A DNA stretch of 64,000 nucleotides from NCBI RefSeq assembly GCF_006345805.1, contig NC_043000.1:122450001-122514000 (forward strand), written 5' to 3'. Below are positions 52,151-64,000 of the stretch, piece by piece (the first letter of the stretch is position 1; each line of letters opens with the position of its first letter). Source of the stretch: Octopus sinensis (taxonomy: Eukaryota). Below the pieces are notes generated by a model, which was not told the origin of the DNA, ran no database searches, and saw only the letters and a list, made by a program, of their open reading frames with translations. A program made the position numbers and the translations under genes.

Positions 52151-52778
52151 TGTTGGTCATAAAGGGTGTCTGTTAGAACTCAGCTCATTTGTTCACTGAT
52201 TTACTTTAAATACAGTTATCTAAATACATATCAAATATCGTAGAGCAGTTGCATGTAATGTCTAGTTTTATGCAACTCCAGGTGCAGTAGTGACGTAAAT
52301 GTTGTCTAAGATTAATTTCTTTATATTTATGTAAATATATTTTTAGTGTCGTTAAGGTTATGTTGCACTGAGTGTAGATTCTGTGTTCTTTGATTGTGTG
52401 TAAATTGACTACAGATGTACACTTTATGTGTGAAGTGTTTCTTTCACGTCTGTCATTGGAATTAACTGCTGGACGAAAAAATAAAAGAAGCGAAATTATG
52501 ACGATACTACAAACTATTCGGTTCAGATTTTGCAGTGATTTATTATTGGTTTATGTGATGTTTTAATGTATTCTAGTATCTGAGAATAAGTGTGAGAATA
52601 CATTGTTATTGTTAATTTTGTAAATAGTTCCTCTGGTAGCCTAAAGAACCGTTAATTTCAGAACTTTTCTTATCTTTCATATGCAAATACATTTCTTTCT
52701 GTCGCTAGTTTTTTTTTTCCTCATTCAAAAGAAGTTCTAATTGAAACTATTCTTTCTAGTATTATCTCCAGGACAGAA

Positions 52779-53460
52779 AGGCGGCGAGCTGGCAGAATCG
52801 TTAGCACGCCGGGCGAAATTCTCAACAGTATTTCGTCTGCTGCTACGTTCTGAGTTCAAATTCCGCCGAGGTCGACTTTGCCTTTCATTCTTTCAGGGTC
52901 GATATAATCGACTTAATCCGTTTGTCTGTCCTTGTTTGTCCCCTCTGTTTTTAGCTCCTTGTGGGCAATAAAGAAATAAGAAATGTTAGCACGCCGAGCC
53001 AAATGCTCAGAGGTATTTCGTATGTCAACAGCGGTGAGCTGGCAGAATCATTAGCACACCAGGCGAAATGCGTAGCGGTATTTCGTCTGCGTTACGTTCT
53101 GAGTTCAAATTCCGCCGAGGTCGACTTTACCTTTCTCCTTTCGCGATCGTTAAATTAAGTACCAGTTGCGAACTGGGGTCGATCTAATCGACTGGCCCCC
53201 TCCGCCAAAATTTCGAACCTTGTGCCTAGAGTCGAAAAGATTATCTTCTGGACAGAAGGCAACATGTTGGCAGAATTGTTTGCACGCTGGACAAAATGCT
53301 TAGCCACATTTACCTTTTGAATTCAAATTCTGCAGAGATCGATGTTACCATTTATCCTTTAGGAGTTGATAAAACAAGTACAAATTGAGCATTGGCCTTG
53401 GTGTAATAGATTTGTATTCTCACCCAAAATTTCCGACCATGGCCCTGTGGTTGAAAGAGT
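52779..53460 (+). mobile_element. Cluster of SINE family A copies (tail-2 copy, partial head, tail-1 copy, degenerate copy)
   Basis: Heads at about 52779, 53030 and 53258. Confidence 0.8.
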
Positions 53461-53577
53461 TATCCAGTGTATTCTTTCATTTTGAAGACATTGGTGTAAA
53501 GCCATGGTTGCTATTTTGTCATATCGAGTAACCGTGTATATTTTTTTCTTGTTTTGTATCTTTGGGCTGACAAAGTC

Positions 53578-53946
53578 CATCCCCTCCTCACCGTGATGGG
53601 GACGCTGGCAACGGGTAGTGTCAGAGTTATGCCGTCGGGAACTTCGGTTCCTAGTAGGGCCCCCCCCCAAGGCGGATTGGTCTGACACCGAGTGGTATTA
53701 GGGGAACAACCCGGCAGACAGGGCTCTGGTGAAAATCCTCGGAGTGTCTGCTTCGGCAACCGGCGGCTCCCCGGTCGTTCTGTCCCTGCGTCTGCGGACA
53801 ATCTCTGGCAAACAGGATGTCTCCACATGCGGGATTGTTGGGGACCGCTTGTGAAATCCACATATTCCCACGAAACCTTTTCCATGGTAGAAGAAGCCGA
53901 CTCAATCCGCCCAGGGTGAATGTCTCCACAAGTACAAGTAACTAAG
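53578..53946 (+). mobile_element. Bipartite non-autonomous RTE derivative (structured 5' part joined to an RTE 3' end)
   Basis: 3' end AGAAGAAGCCGACTCAATCCGCCCAGGGTGAA...(CAAGTA)2 matches the RTE end at about 56780-56830; degenerate TSD TTTGG(G)YTGACAAMGTC. Confidence 0.7.
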
Positions 53947-54294
53947 TTTGGTTGACAACGTCTTTGTTTACGTAAACGGAAGCAAGATAACTTAGAGTAC
54001 TGATGCTGCACCACAGCAAGAAGCCAGCAACACGGGAGTACATCATATTAACTGACGATATCACAGACTGCGTGAATATCACAGATAAATGCAGTTCACC
54101 TCGTGTGGAATTCATGAAGTCAAGATTATCGCGATGTTTATTGAAATACTGACATCATGTTTGCTGCTCAATACAATGTGAACTCTGCGGAGACACTAAG
54201 ATGCTGCAATGGAGACTACCAATCCATGCACTACAGAAAAGGTAATAGCAAATATTCCCACCGGGTTTGTACGCTGATTTTCGTCCCCGCGTGC

Positions 54295-54650
54295 TTGAAC
54301 AAGGACTTAGACTCAATTCAGAGGGATATGTGAAGTGATATGAGACAGTAAATAATCTCAGGACTGGAGAGGATTGCTGTTGGAAGGAATTTTGTCATAC
54401 CTCCAGAAACTGTCAGAAGTGGCTGGCGGCGAATTTCTATGACTTCACCAGCCCCTATTTTTGTCCTTGTAATTCGCTCGATTGTAATCCTATGCATTTC
54501 AATGTGTAAGGCGTGGTTTAGAAAGTCACCCACCGCTCATCGAGCTTGTCACCAAGATCAAGGAGGAGTTTGAAGACTTTTTCAGGGATATGCTAGGTTC
54601 CGGAGGCATTGAGGACGTGGTGGAAGCTGAGCAAATTTCAATTTCCCAGC
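54295..54650 (+). pseudogene. Tc1/mariner (maT/DD37D-like) transposase C-terminal remnant
   Basis: CHTSRNCQKWLAANFYDFTSPYFCPCNSLDCNPMHF, resembling WPPNSPDCNPMD, followed by KIKEEF...IEDVVEAE. Confidence 0.7.
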
Positions 54651-54742
54651 CAAAATATAATGGATACTTTTTGCCTTCTTTAACATACATTTATTTTGGG
54701 ATAAGATACGCTGCTTGATTTTCCTTTAAGGCAAACAACTTT

Positions 54743-55750
54743 GTACATACATACATACATACATACATACATACATACATACATACATACTTACATACAT
54801 ACATACTTACATACATACATTTATATATATATATGTATAAATACTCTTGTGTATCCGTGTGTGTGCTTGTGTGTGCATGTATGTGTGTATGTGCCCGTGT
54901 GTTCGTGTATATGTGCTTGTGTGTGTGTTTGTATGTGTATGTATGAGTGTGCGTGTGTGTTTTAGAATATATATATTAATAGCTTCTACTTAAGCTTCTA
55001 ACAAGGGTAAAAATGCATCGCTGATGATATGACACAGAGACAACTCAACTGCTTCAACCAGGAAGCTTAAGACTAAATCTAGCACAATCTCTATCGATTA
55101 AAGTTTCCCCGAAAATTTCAATTAACTCACTTCATTCAAGTTATCTTACTTAGTTGCTGTTCCTGTTGATTTTAAACACCTCAACAGGGATTTTTTTTTT
55201 ATCGTTTAATTGCATGAATAATCCTACTGAATCAACATGATCAGCTAACTGTATTACATAAAAGAGACCCCATTGCATTTGAATGCAGTATGCAGAAAGC
55301 TTCACTGAGGTGTTTTCCCCTCAGCCATATTCTTGATACGGATCATTAATTTGATAGAGCAGCTTTGAATTTCATCATGTGTATAATAATCACAAACGAG
55401 ACCTTATATTTATTTTAGCTTATGTGTGTGTGTGTGTGTGTGTATGCATGCGTGTGAGTGTATGTGTGTGTTTGTATACGCGTGTATATGCATATAAAGG
55501 TATGTTTATAAGTACTTATACATATATGAATACGTAGATACATATATATATATATATATATATGCATAGAAATAAGTATATATCTAAATATTATATATAT
55601 ATGTATATGTATATATATATACATATGCACACATGTATATATACATATATATACATATATATATTTTTATATATGTATATATTTATATATATTTGTGTAT
55701 ATATTTATATATATGTGTATATATATATATACATATATATATACATATAC

Positions 55751-55830
<80 letters not shown>
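54743..55830. repeat. (TACA)n, (TG)n and (TA)n microsatellite clusters
   Basis: Direct reading; unique spacer at about 54970-55420. Confidence 0.8.
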
Positions 55831-55833
<3 letters not shown>

Positions 55834-56299
55834 ATACATGTACATAATGTGTATGCTTACTTCGTTTAACTCAAGGCTAATCGATGCCGGGGAGGATTAT
55901 ATTAGATTACACCCACCTGAGCTTATTGTGTTTACCTAGTTTAACATCACCTGCAAGAGCGAAAAAAAGCAAGTTGATTTTGACAGTATTGGAAATAACA
56001 ATTGTGTGCATTGATTTAAATATATTAGTAATAGAGCTTTTACTGCAATCAATCACGTATAATAATAATGTATGAAAGAAGGCAGCAAAGAGCTTCCCCG
56101 AAATCCTTTAACCTGCTAGATATAGAAGTTAAATCTCACGTAAATTAAAATATCGCTCTATAAGGAACTTATTAGACGTTTAAGTACGAATTAGATGCTG
56201 CTCGATGGATATAAACAATATCTAACGCACATACACAACATCTGTTTTACTAGTACGTGTGTAGCCTGTGCCTTTAGTCGTAGGAGAATATATTCTCAT

Positions 56300-56836
56300 A
56301 CAGAAGAGAGATCTCCTCGGTGACCAAAGGGCGAATCTACCAGGCCGTCGTTCGTACTATCCTCCTCTATGGTTGTGAAACACGGCCTATGAGCGTAGTC
56401 GATCAGCGAAGGCTGGAGGTGTTCGACAATGACTGTCTCCGCCGCATTCTTCGCTGCGGACGCAGTGATCAGGGTCCTACAGCAGGTCTTCGTCATCGCC
56501 TGAATCTCCGGTCCCTCCCTTCGGTGCTTCTACAACGGCGCTTAAGGGTGAGCTGATTCGCGATGTCCTTCTCCCACCTCCACTTCCCAGCTGGCGCAAA
56601 CGCACGGGCGGGCAGCTGAAGACCTGGGCAACGACGATAAAGAAGGACCTATCCAAACTCTCAGGTCCGCAGGTAGTCGGCCTGCGCAGATGGAACCGCG
56701 AATATCTCGCTATCTGCAGTGACCTCGCACAGGACCGTCGAGCGTGGGCCACCATGGTTCGTGATGCCGTTAGGACCAGAGAAGAAGCCGGCTCAACCCA
56801 CCCTGGGTGAACGCCGTCACAAGTACATGTAAGTAA
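56300..56836 (+). mobile_element. 5'-truncated RTE-clade LINE 3' end with TSD
   Basis: RTILLYGCET...FDNDCLRRIL...RRLR, then RKRTGGQLKTW...DLAQDRRAW; CAAGTA-like tail; TATATTCTCAT at 56289-56299 and 56842-56852. Confidence 0.9.
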
Positions 56837-57749
56837 GGAAGTATATTCTCATCAATGCGCCAGGAAGTCATTATAGACAAGGGAGGTAACTCGCTTTAGT
56901 TTCCATTCAGGATCGATTCACATCGATGTTTCGTCGCTTTTGTGACTTATCAACACCACGAAATCCGAACGCGGAGCGGTACAAGCTTGCATTGTTTAAA
57001 ATGTTTTGTGGTATTTAGTTGCGTCATCTCATACTAACATTCTGATCTCTAGTCTCACCAAGGTTAAATTCATCTGAAATCAAAATACCTGTCAAATACT
57101 TGATCGATGTAATCGACTAAAAATATTTCTCTCAAATACGTCGGCCTAAGGCTTAAATATTATGAAACATATTAAAAGGAACGATGGCCATGTTCTTTGG
57201 AACGCTTTTGATCATAGACCTCTTCAATCAGACTTGTTCTGGTGAAACACACCAATACGCATAATCTAAATTAAATCGACCATATTATTTACACAATAGC
57301 CGATATAAACGTTGGTTGATTTACAGATTTTTCTAGTCACGATTTACATTGTATTGAGAGGTAGAGAGAAAGTAATGGAGAGTTACCAGAAGCGGTGCAG
57401 CATGAATGCACCAATTTAGTTTAATGGCAGTCAAAGAGTAAAGAACGCTGTACATACAACACAGTGATAGAGGAAGAATCATAGAGACAGAGAAGGAGAA
57501 GGTGTAAATGATACTGTGGGTAATGAGGGAAGAATGAAAACTTAGCTACGCGGATCGGGAGAAAAAACGTAAAAAAAATATGGTAAAAATAAATTTGTAA
57601 AATAAGGCAGAAACAGAAAGAGAAAGATTGTAGTGAGACAGAATGTAAGGGAAGCAGGTCTTAGACGGGTCACAGTGAGAGAGAGAGAGAGAGAGGGCGA
57701 GGTGATAGATGTGGAGATAAACGAAAGAAGGCAGTCAATTATAAATATA

Positions 57750-58785
57750 CTAGCATTAAAGACCCGTCGTTGCCGGGTCATAGTGCTAGTGCATGTTTAT
57801 ATGTGTATATATATGTGTACATATTACATGTACATCTATATATATACATCTACACATAAAATACAAAATACAAAGTTATATCTTGATATCGCTAGTGATA
57901 ACAATACTCAAAATATGTAACAGACTGGAATTGTAAGCCCGTCTCTAGCAATTTCGATCAATTGTATCTTGTCCTCCCTCTTGTATAGAAGTGTGGCTAC
58001 AATCCAGCCTACCTCAACTTCTGGGGGTGGGGGGATTTTAAATTTTTATCCGGCACGTCCTACGTCCCAGATATAAAGGTAAAAATAAAATATTTCCACT
58101 TTGCAAGTTCGAGTCGAGTACTCACTTGCACGCTCTGTTGACTCGAACCTTGCTTCTCTTGTGGCGAATTTACCGCCTCTGGTTAAGTATCTTTCATAGT
58201 CGCACCAAGACACTTTTCGCCGGTGCTTTCCTCCAGTTGTTCAAATCCTCTTTTTTCTCTACATTGTATACTTTATATACAATAGTCTTTTCTTTAATTT
58301 AATTTTTTATTATCCATCTGGACTATTCCATTTCTGCACGCTAATTTTATTTTTCATTTATTCCCATTCATGTGAAACCACTTATTCAAGTTTAAGTCAT
58401 TGATGCAATTTTATACCAATTGCTATTTTTACTTTTATTATGTTACGATTATATTATACTTTAGTTTGATTTTAATTATTACTTACTACATATAATTCAA
58501 TTGTTATTATTATTTTTATTGTTAAAGTGAAAGTATCTGACATAAAATAGAGAAATGTTTTTGTTTCACTTTTAACACGTAATACTGAAATAGTGGAGAA
58601 GATATGATATTGTTATGGGCTCGCTCTAGGCAAGAAGTTGAACATTTTTTTGCCCATGAAACTACATGGAGCCTAAGTAAGGCATGTGTAAAATTTGAAT
58701 GAAATTGGTTGTGTAGTTCTCAAGTTTTAGGGAAACAGACAGACAGACAGACACACACACATTCTCAGTTTTATATATAGAGAGA
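57750..58785 (-). mobile_element. Non-autonomous Helitron (1036 bp)
   Basis: Minus strand A|TCTCTCTATATATAAAAC 5' end at 58785; hairpin ACCCG-GCAACGA-CGGGT followed by CTAG|T ending at 57750. Confidence 0.8.
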
Positions 58786-59498
58786 TTATGTAAGAAATTA
58801 AGGCATATCATATTTCCAAAGTAATTTTTAAAACAATGAACAAGGTGTAATAAAGGGAATGATGATAAATTAGAATGGTATTTTAACGGTTCGAAGTGTA
58901 AAGCAAGTTCTATATTCGTTTCTATAAAGCAAAAACTTTTAGTGACTGATAAATATATAATTAAAAAGAAAAATGTTTCTACGAAATATAAAGGGAGAGA
59001 TATGTTCGTATTTAGTGAAGTGAGAATAAATACACCTACTCCCAGAAATATGTGTGTCTGTGTGTGTATGAATATAACTACCCCAAAATATACACACAAA
59101 AACAAACACTAATATAAATACATTCACATTGATATACATATATACATACAAACACCTTATATTTAAAGTAATAAATATTGTTCTTTTGGAAAAGTGTAAT
59201 GATTTCCGCATCCTGCATAAGCGCCAGGAGATTTCAATAAAGTTATATATTATAATTATTGAATGTATGTCATATTATCTGATATTAACCAACCTATGAT
59301 GGCAATGTATGCCTCCAAAGTAACCTGCCTTATGTCAGAAACAGTGTAGTTTTACTAAAATATACATGGGGAGAAATTAAATCAGCATCGTAAGGAAATA
59401 TATATGATACTACATTTGGTCCTTTTTTTCTACACCACAAACGCAGCCACATGTCATTCGCAGTCACAATAAAAATACATTAATATTATCGCTATAAC

Positions 59499-59664
59499 AA
59501 GGCCGTGAGCTGGCAGAATCTTTAACACGCGGGGCAAAATGCTTAGCGTTATTTCGTCCGTCTACACGTTCTGATTTTCAAATTCCGCCGTGGTCGACTT
59601 TTGTTTTCATCCTTTCGGGGTTGATTAATTAACTACCAGTTGAGTATTGAGGCCGATGTAGTCA
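59499..59664 (+). mobile_element. Diverged SINE family A
   Basis: GTGAGCTGGCAGAATC...CAAATTCCGCCGTGGTCGAC...CCTTTCGGGG. Confidence 0.78.
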
Positions 59665-61634
59665 TATTTCAGGTTTTGTGCCTATATCTGAAGGCATATT
59701 ACCCATTATAACCCACTTAGAATTACTATCTAATTAAAATATATGAATGTCATTGAGCTTAAAAATGGAATGATACTAAAATGCCTTCGATCAGTTTGTT
59801 TGCATTATCAGATTTTATCTCTGGATAAGCAGCGAAATCTTTAAACTCTTAAAGGTTCCAATAAGTAGAATTAACTATTGACTACCAAATGATTTAATCA
59901 GTTACCCTTATTCTATCTATAAGAGTTCTCCTCCTTAAATGGGAGAAAACATGTGTGCAATGGAAATGCACGGTTTGGTACTTCATAAATTTTTCCTGTA
60001 ATGTTTTGGGGTATCCGAATCTGTGATCTTACAGAAAATTCGCATCAGCCTATAGCTTTAATTTACTTTTGGTCTACGATATTGCAACTATTTGAAATAG
60101 ACAATAGTAATATATATTATTTTCTACAAATGTCTGTTGTCAAATGCTACCTAAAATAAACTGTTTCTATACTAGAGTTCGGTGTTGCTACATCTCAAAT
60201 CAGTTATACTAGCATTTGCTGAAAATTAGAATAATTCAGTAAATAAGTTTTGTCATGGGCGTTGTAGACAAATTAAAGAAATGTGTAGCTGCGTTGCCTT
60301 TTCCTATGACATTCTGCATTGCCAAAACTGGAGTCGCGCCGATGTATTTCATCTTTGACATCAATTTCATAAAACTATTATATATTGCTACAAATTGGCC
60401 CCCTTGGTGTGTCTGTATATGATTTCATTATGAAGTAATTTCTAGCTACTTCTTTGTTTCTGAAGAATGGCAAATTATATTGTAATAAGTGGGAAATTGA
60501 TTTGTCATTGTGTATTAAATAGAACTCTATCTATGTTTGTGGTATTAACCATTTTCGGTATTTAAATAAATAAGCTTGGAGATATATTATTGAAGGGGTA
60601 TTCAAGATTTGATAAGTGGGAAAATAATTGAGGCAGAAGGGAACGTTATAAAATTATAACTTTTTTAGGTTTCCAATATAGACCATATTTTAAATATATT
60701 TTTGATATAGGCTTTTTTAAAAAAAGTACGTGTGCTATTTTTAAAATGCTAAAGTCTCTTGTTGTTGGCAACAACTTTCTAACATTTCCAATCCAAAGAA
60801 CACGACAGGTGGTTCTACTACCTCAACGATTAACACCGAATAATGCCCTTCAGTACTATTTTCCATCTTTGCCAACTGGTTCAGTATTTTTTTCTTTTCT
60901 ACGGATATATATCTCAGCCTAAATAAACATGATTTATACCTGCCATTTCCAAGAACTTTATACTCTTTGCGTCTTCCGTCTACCAACTAGCCACAGTTAA
61001 TTCAAACATCTCAAATGTAACAGGTAAATCACAAACAACGATCTCGTTCATCACACTGATGTTTCTCTTTTCATTCTCCGTCAATAAGCAACACCGCTGT
61101 TGTTGTGGGACAAGAAACTATGAACAAGTCTCGTTATGTAAGAGTATATTCTCTCTCTCTCCCTTGACAATGTCAGCTCTATCGATGTTATTACATTTGA
61201 CATCAGAAATGTATTCAAATTTCTGTGCCTTAAGAATATATGATGACTTCATTGTCACACAGTGCTCTCCACATATTTCACTTCCTTGTCAAATGTTTCT
61301 ATTCTGATAAATTTCTATGTGCGTTGGCGTTTTCTCCTGTTCACACACGCTATTAGCTATAGTAAATACCAAATGCCCAGATGCGTCCCTTTAAAGTCTT
61401 CCTCTCGATATTAGAAGACAACATAGTGTCATCTTACACACATATAACGATACACATATAACGATACACACATATAACGATACAAATTTAGCTACAAACA
61501 CTGTCCCCCAGAGATAGCCCTCACACGATATCATTCATCACAGACTCAGAAAAGCTTGGATTCCTTTGAATGAATGTACAGGTTCTCTCACTAAACATGC
61601 ATACATGCATATATATATATATACATACATAATT

Positions 61635-61788
61635 TTTTTTGTTCTCTCTGTTTATTTTGTCTTATTCCTTTCTGTTGAAGAGCGCTGGCTCGAAACATAA
61701 AAGACTTTTCATTTTCCCGAGCGTCAGACTAATATACCTGCTTGTTGTTTATACACATGTCTTCGTCTTTCGTTTTTCTATAAATTTC

Positions 61789-61795
<7 letters not shown>
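61635..61795 (+). mobile_element. Family P1 Penelope/retrozyme-like fragment with hammerhead-like motif (61668-61703)
   Basis: CTTT-CTGTTGA-A-GAGC-GCTG-GCTC-GAAACAT-A-AAAG. Confidence 0.55.
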
Positions 61796-61836
<41 letters not shown>

Positions 61837-61837
61837 G

Positions 61838-62240
61838 CAAGACGAAGGGGCCGTCCAACCACATCCCGATCATCGGAGGACGTGGCAACAGTGCAGGAAA
61901 TGTTTCTTCGCAGCCCGCAAAAGACAACACGTCAAGTAGCTCGTGAAAGTGTACTAACAAGACACACAATACGTACGGTGTTGCATAAAGAATTTTGCAT
62001 AAAGTTTTGTCCGTGGAAGCCTCATTACGTGCAGGAGCTAAAACATGAAGACTGTGACAGCAGAAGTCCAAATTACACTCCATGTAACTTTTACCTGAGG
62101 GGTTACACAAAGAAGATGTGCACAAGACAAAACCTCGTACACTGGAGGACTTAGAGGCACGGATTCAGGATGTTTTCAATGATATCGCAATCGACTTGCT
62201 TCAGAAGGTTGTTCACTCCATATATGACCGTTTGTGAAAA
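61838..62240 (+). pseudogene. Internally deleted Tc1/mariner transposase remnant (SPDLTPCDF-type motif)
   Basis: GRPTTSRS...SPQKTTRQVARE...PWKPHYVQELK joined directly to SPNYTPCNFYLRGY, then KTKPRTLEDLEARIQDVF. Confidence 0.8.
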
Positions 62241-63205
62241 CTGGTTTGACGTTAAAATATGAAGATTCACTTTCATTTTCCCATGTAATAAAGAACCTGT
62301 ATCGTTTGTTTCAATGAATTTGTAGAATGAATATGGATTTTATTACCAATTTTTAAGGCCTACTGACTTTTCACATACAGTGCTGTTTTACGTCGTTTTC
62401 TTTGAGTCTATAGTAGAAGTGAATACGTCTCGTTTTGTTCTTCGTAGAAAGAAAAATAGAGATGCTTGCCTTGATAGTTTTCATGGTTTACTAAACAGGC
62501 CACTCATTCGAAAAACCGTACTTATCATTCAACTTTGAACTGCTCACGAAGAAGCAGGAATTTCTAGTTATTGCTGCAACGACTAAAGTAATTTGGACAC
62601 CGCAAGTTTCCCGCTGGTGTTGTTAAAAATTTAATGAATAATGATGGACAAAACAAGGTGTTTAAAAAAAATCTGATATATTCTATGTAGTTAAACTACA
62701 GCTTTTATTCGTTTTCCTGTGAAACGTTAAACAGATGTGAATAAATCTTGTTATTCTCTTATTAGATACTCATACACACACATATATATTCACAAAGATA
62801 TGTGTGTGTATTTGTGTATGTGTGCATGTGTTTATCTTGCGGTGGCGTATATCTCTGAACGATATAAATACGAGACTGAAAACTGATATAAACTGTGCTT
62901 TAGGAACTAAGTCATTTGCGATATATCTAATGCAACTCTACTGTCAGAAATGCTATGAAGCTATTGTTGGTCTGCTGAAAACCTGTAACCAATAAAGCTA
63001 TTGTTCACCAATTGTATGAGAACATAATAAAAATAACATAATACGATTCCATGAGAAAACGACTTCAATAAAAATTGAGAAGCTGATTTCCACAGAAAAG
63101 AATATTCTAATGTAATAGTGCTCATCTATATAAAAGTCATCAAAATAAATGCTCTTGGAACATTGTCCTTCAGATAACTTAACAGTCACTTTAAATAACA
63201 CTAAA

Positions 63206-63256
<51 letters not shown>

Positions 63257-64000
63257 TATATATAGACATATATTCAGATATAAACGTGAGTATGTCTGTG
63301 TGTATCGTTTTATGTAGATATGAATATATATGGATAGAAATGAAATAGATATTTACATGTGTGTATGTGTGTATGTATGTACGTATATGGGTATATATAT
63401 CCTCTCGTCTTAAATCTCGAAATACGAGTTTATGGATTCTTCTATATGCAGAAATTTTGTAGTGAAATTATAGCGTATTTTTATTTTCTGATACTTTTAC
63501 TGCTTTCATTTATGAGACCGCGACCACTCTGGAGCTGCTGGCAATAATTTCAGTGATTAAATTGGACCTAATACTTTCTCTAGTATTTTATCTACCGATC
63601 TATATTTATTGAATGTATCACATTATTTTATACATAAATGTATATACTTCGACGTAAATGAATATTTAAATACTGCCATGCATATTTGTCCAACGATGTG
63701 GTTTTAAGCACGCATAAGTATAAGTGTCTGTGTGTTTATGTGTGTTAATATACTATGTTTTTCAACACTATATCTGTCTATTAACTAGTTCTCACAACCG
63801 TGGTTTAAAGTCGGCATTTGTTGCCAGGTAGCCGTTGTGTCTACAATAAATATTGTACTACTTATCACTATAAATATCATCACCATTATTAGCCTGTACT
63901 TGATTATTGTCATAGAAGATGTTATTTTGAAACAATTATGCCTTTAGCCGCGATGGTTATATGTCGTTGTTAGTTAACCTCAGAAGTAATTGTTTTAATG

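Noticed and set aside
61437-61484. Three copies of CACATATAACGATA
   Set aside because: Ordinary short minisatellite from slippage; no functional signature.

Overview
AT-rich, microsatellite-dense eukaryotic DNA with no host protein-coding exon that I can support. The repeat families and the (TA)n/(TAA)n/(GATA)n load suggest an octopus/cephalopod intergenic or intronic region (inference). Almost all ORFs in the supplied track are microsatellite translation artefacts. The recognisable content is mobile DNA: at least four tRNA-headed SINE families (labelled A to D here); a decayed 5'-truncated CR1/L2-type LINE with APE, RT and a CCCH ORF1 remnant (34.2-37.7 kb); several R4/Dong-type REL-endonuclease retrotransposon pieces, all inside (TAA)n tracts; RTE remnants; four to five Tc1/mariner remnants, including a 566-bp internal-deletion element with perfect 30-bp TIRs; and three non-autonomous Helitrons, one carrying a PIF1 helicase fragment. 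The most interesting signal is a set of eight hammerhead-ribozyme-like motifs (CUGANGA ... GAAA ... UH) in short Penelope/retrozyme-like repeats. Two are structurally near-complete type I hammerheads (5389-5482 and 46961-47051, both minus strand). Two co-oriented cores near 46.5-47.0 kb delimit a potential 422-nt self-cleaved unit. All structures were read by eye and are untested.
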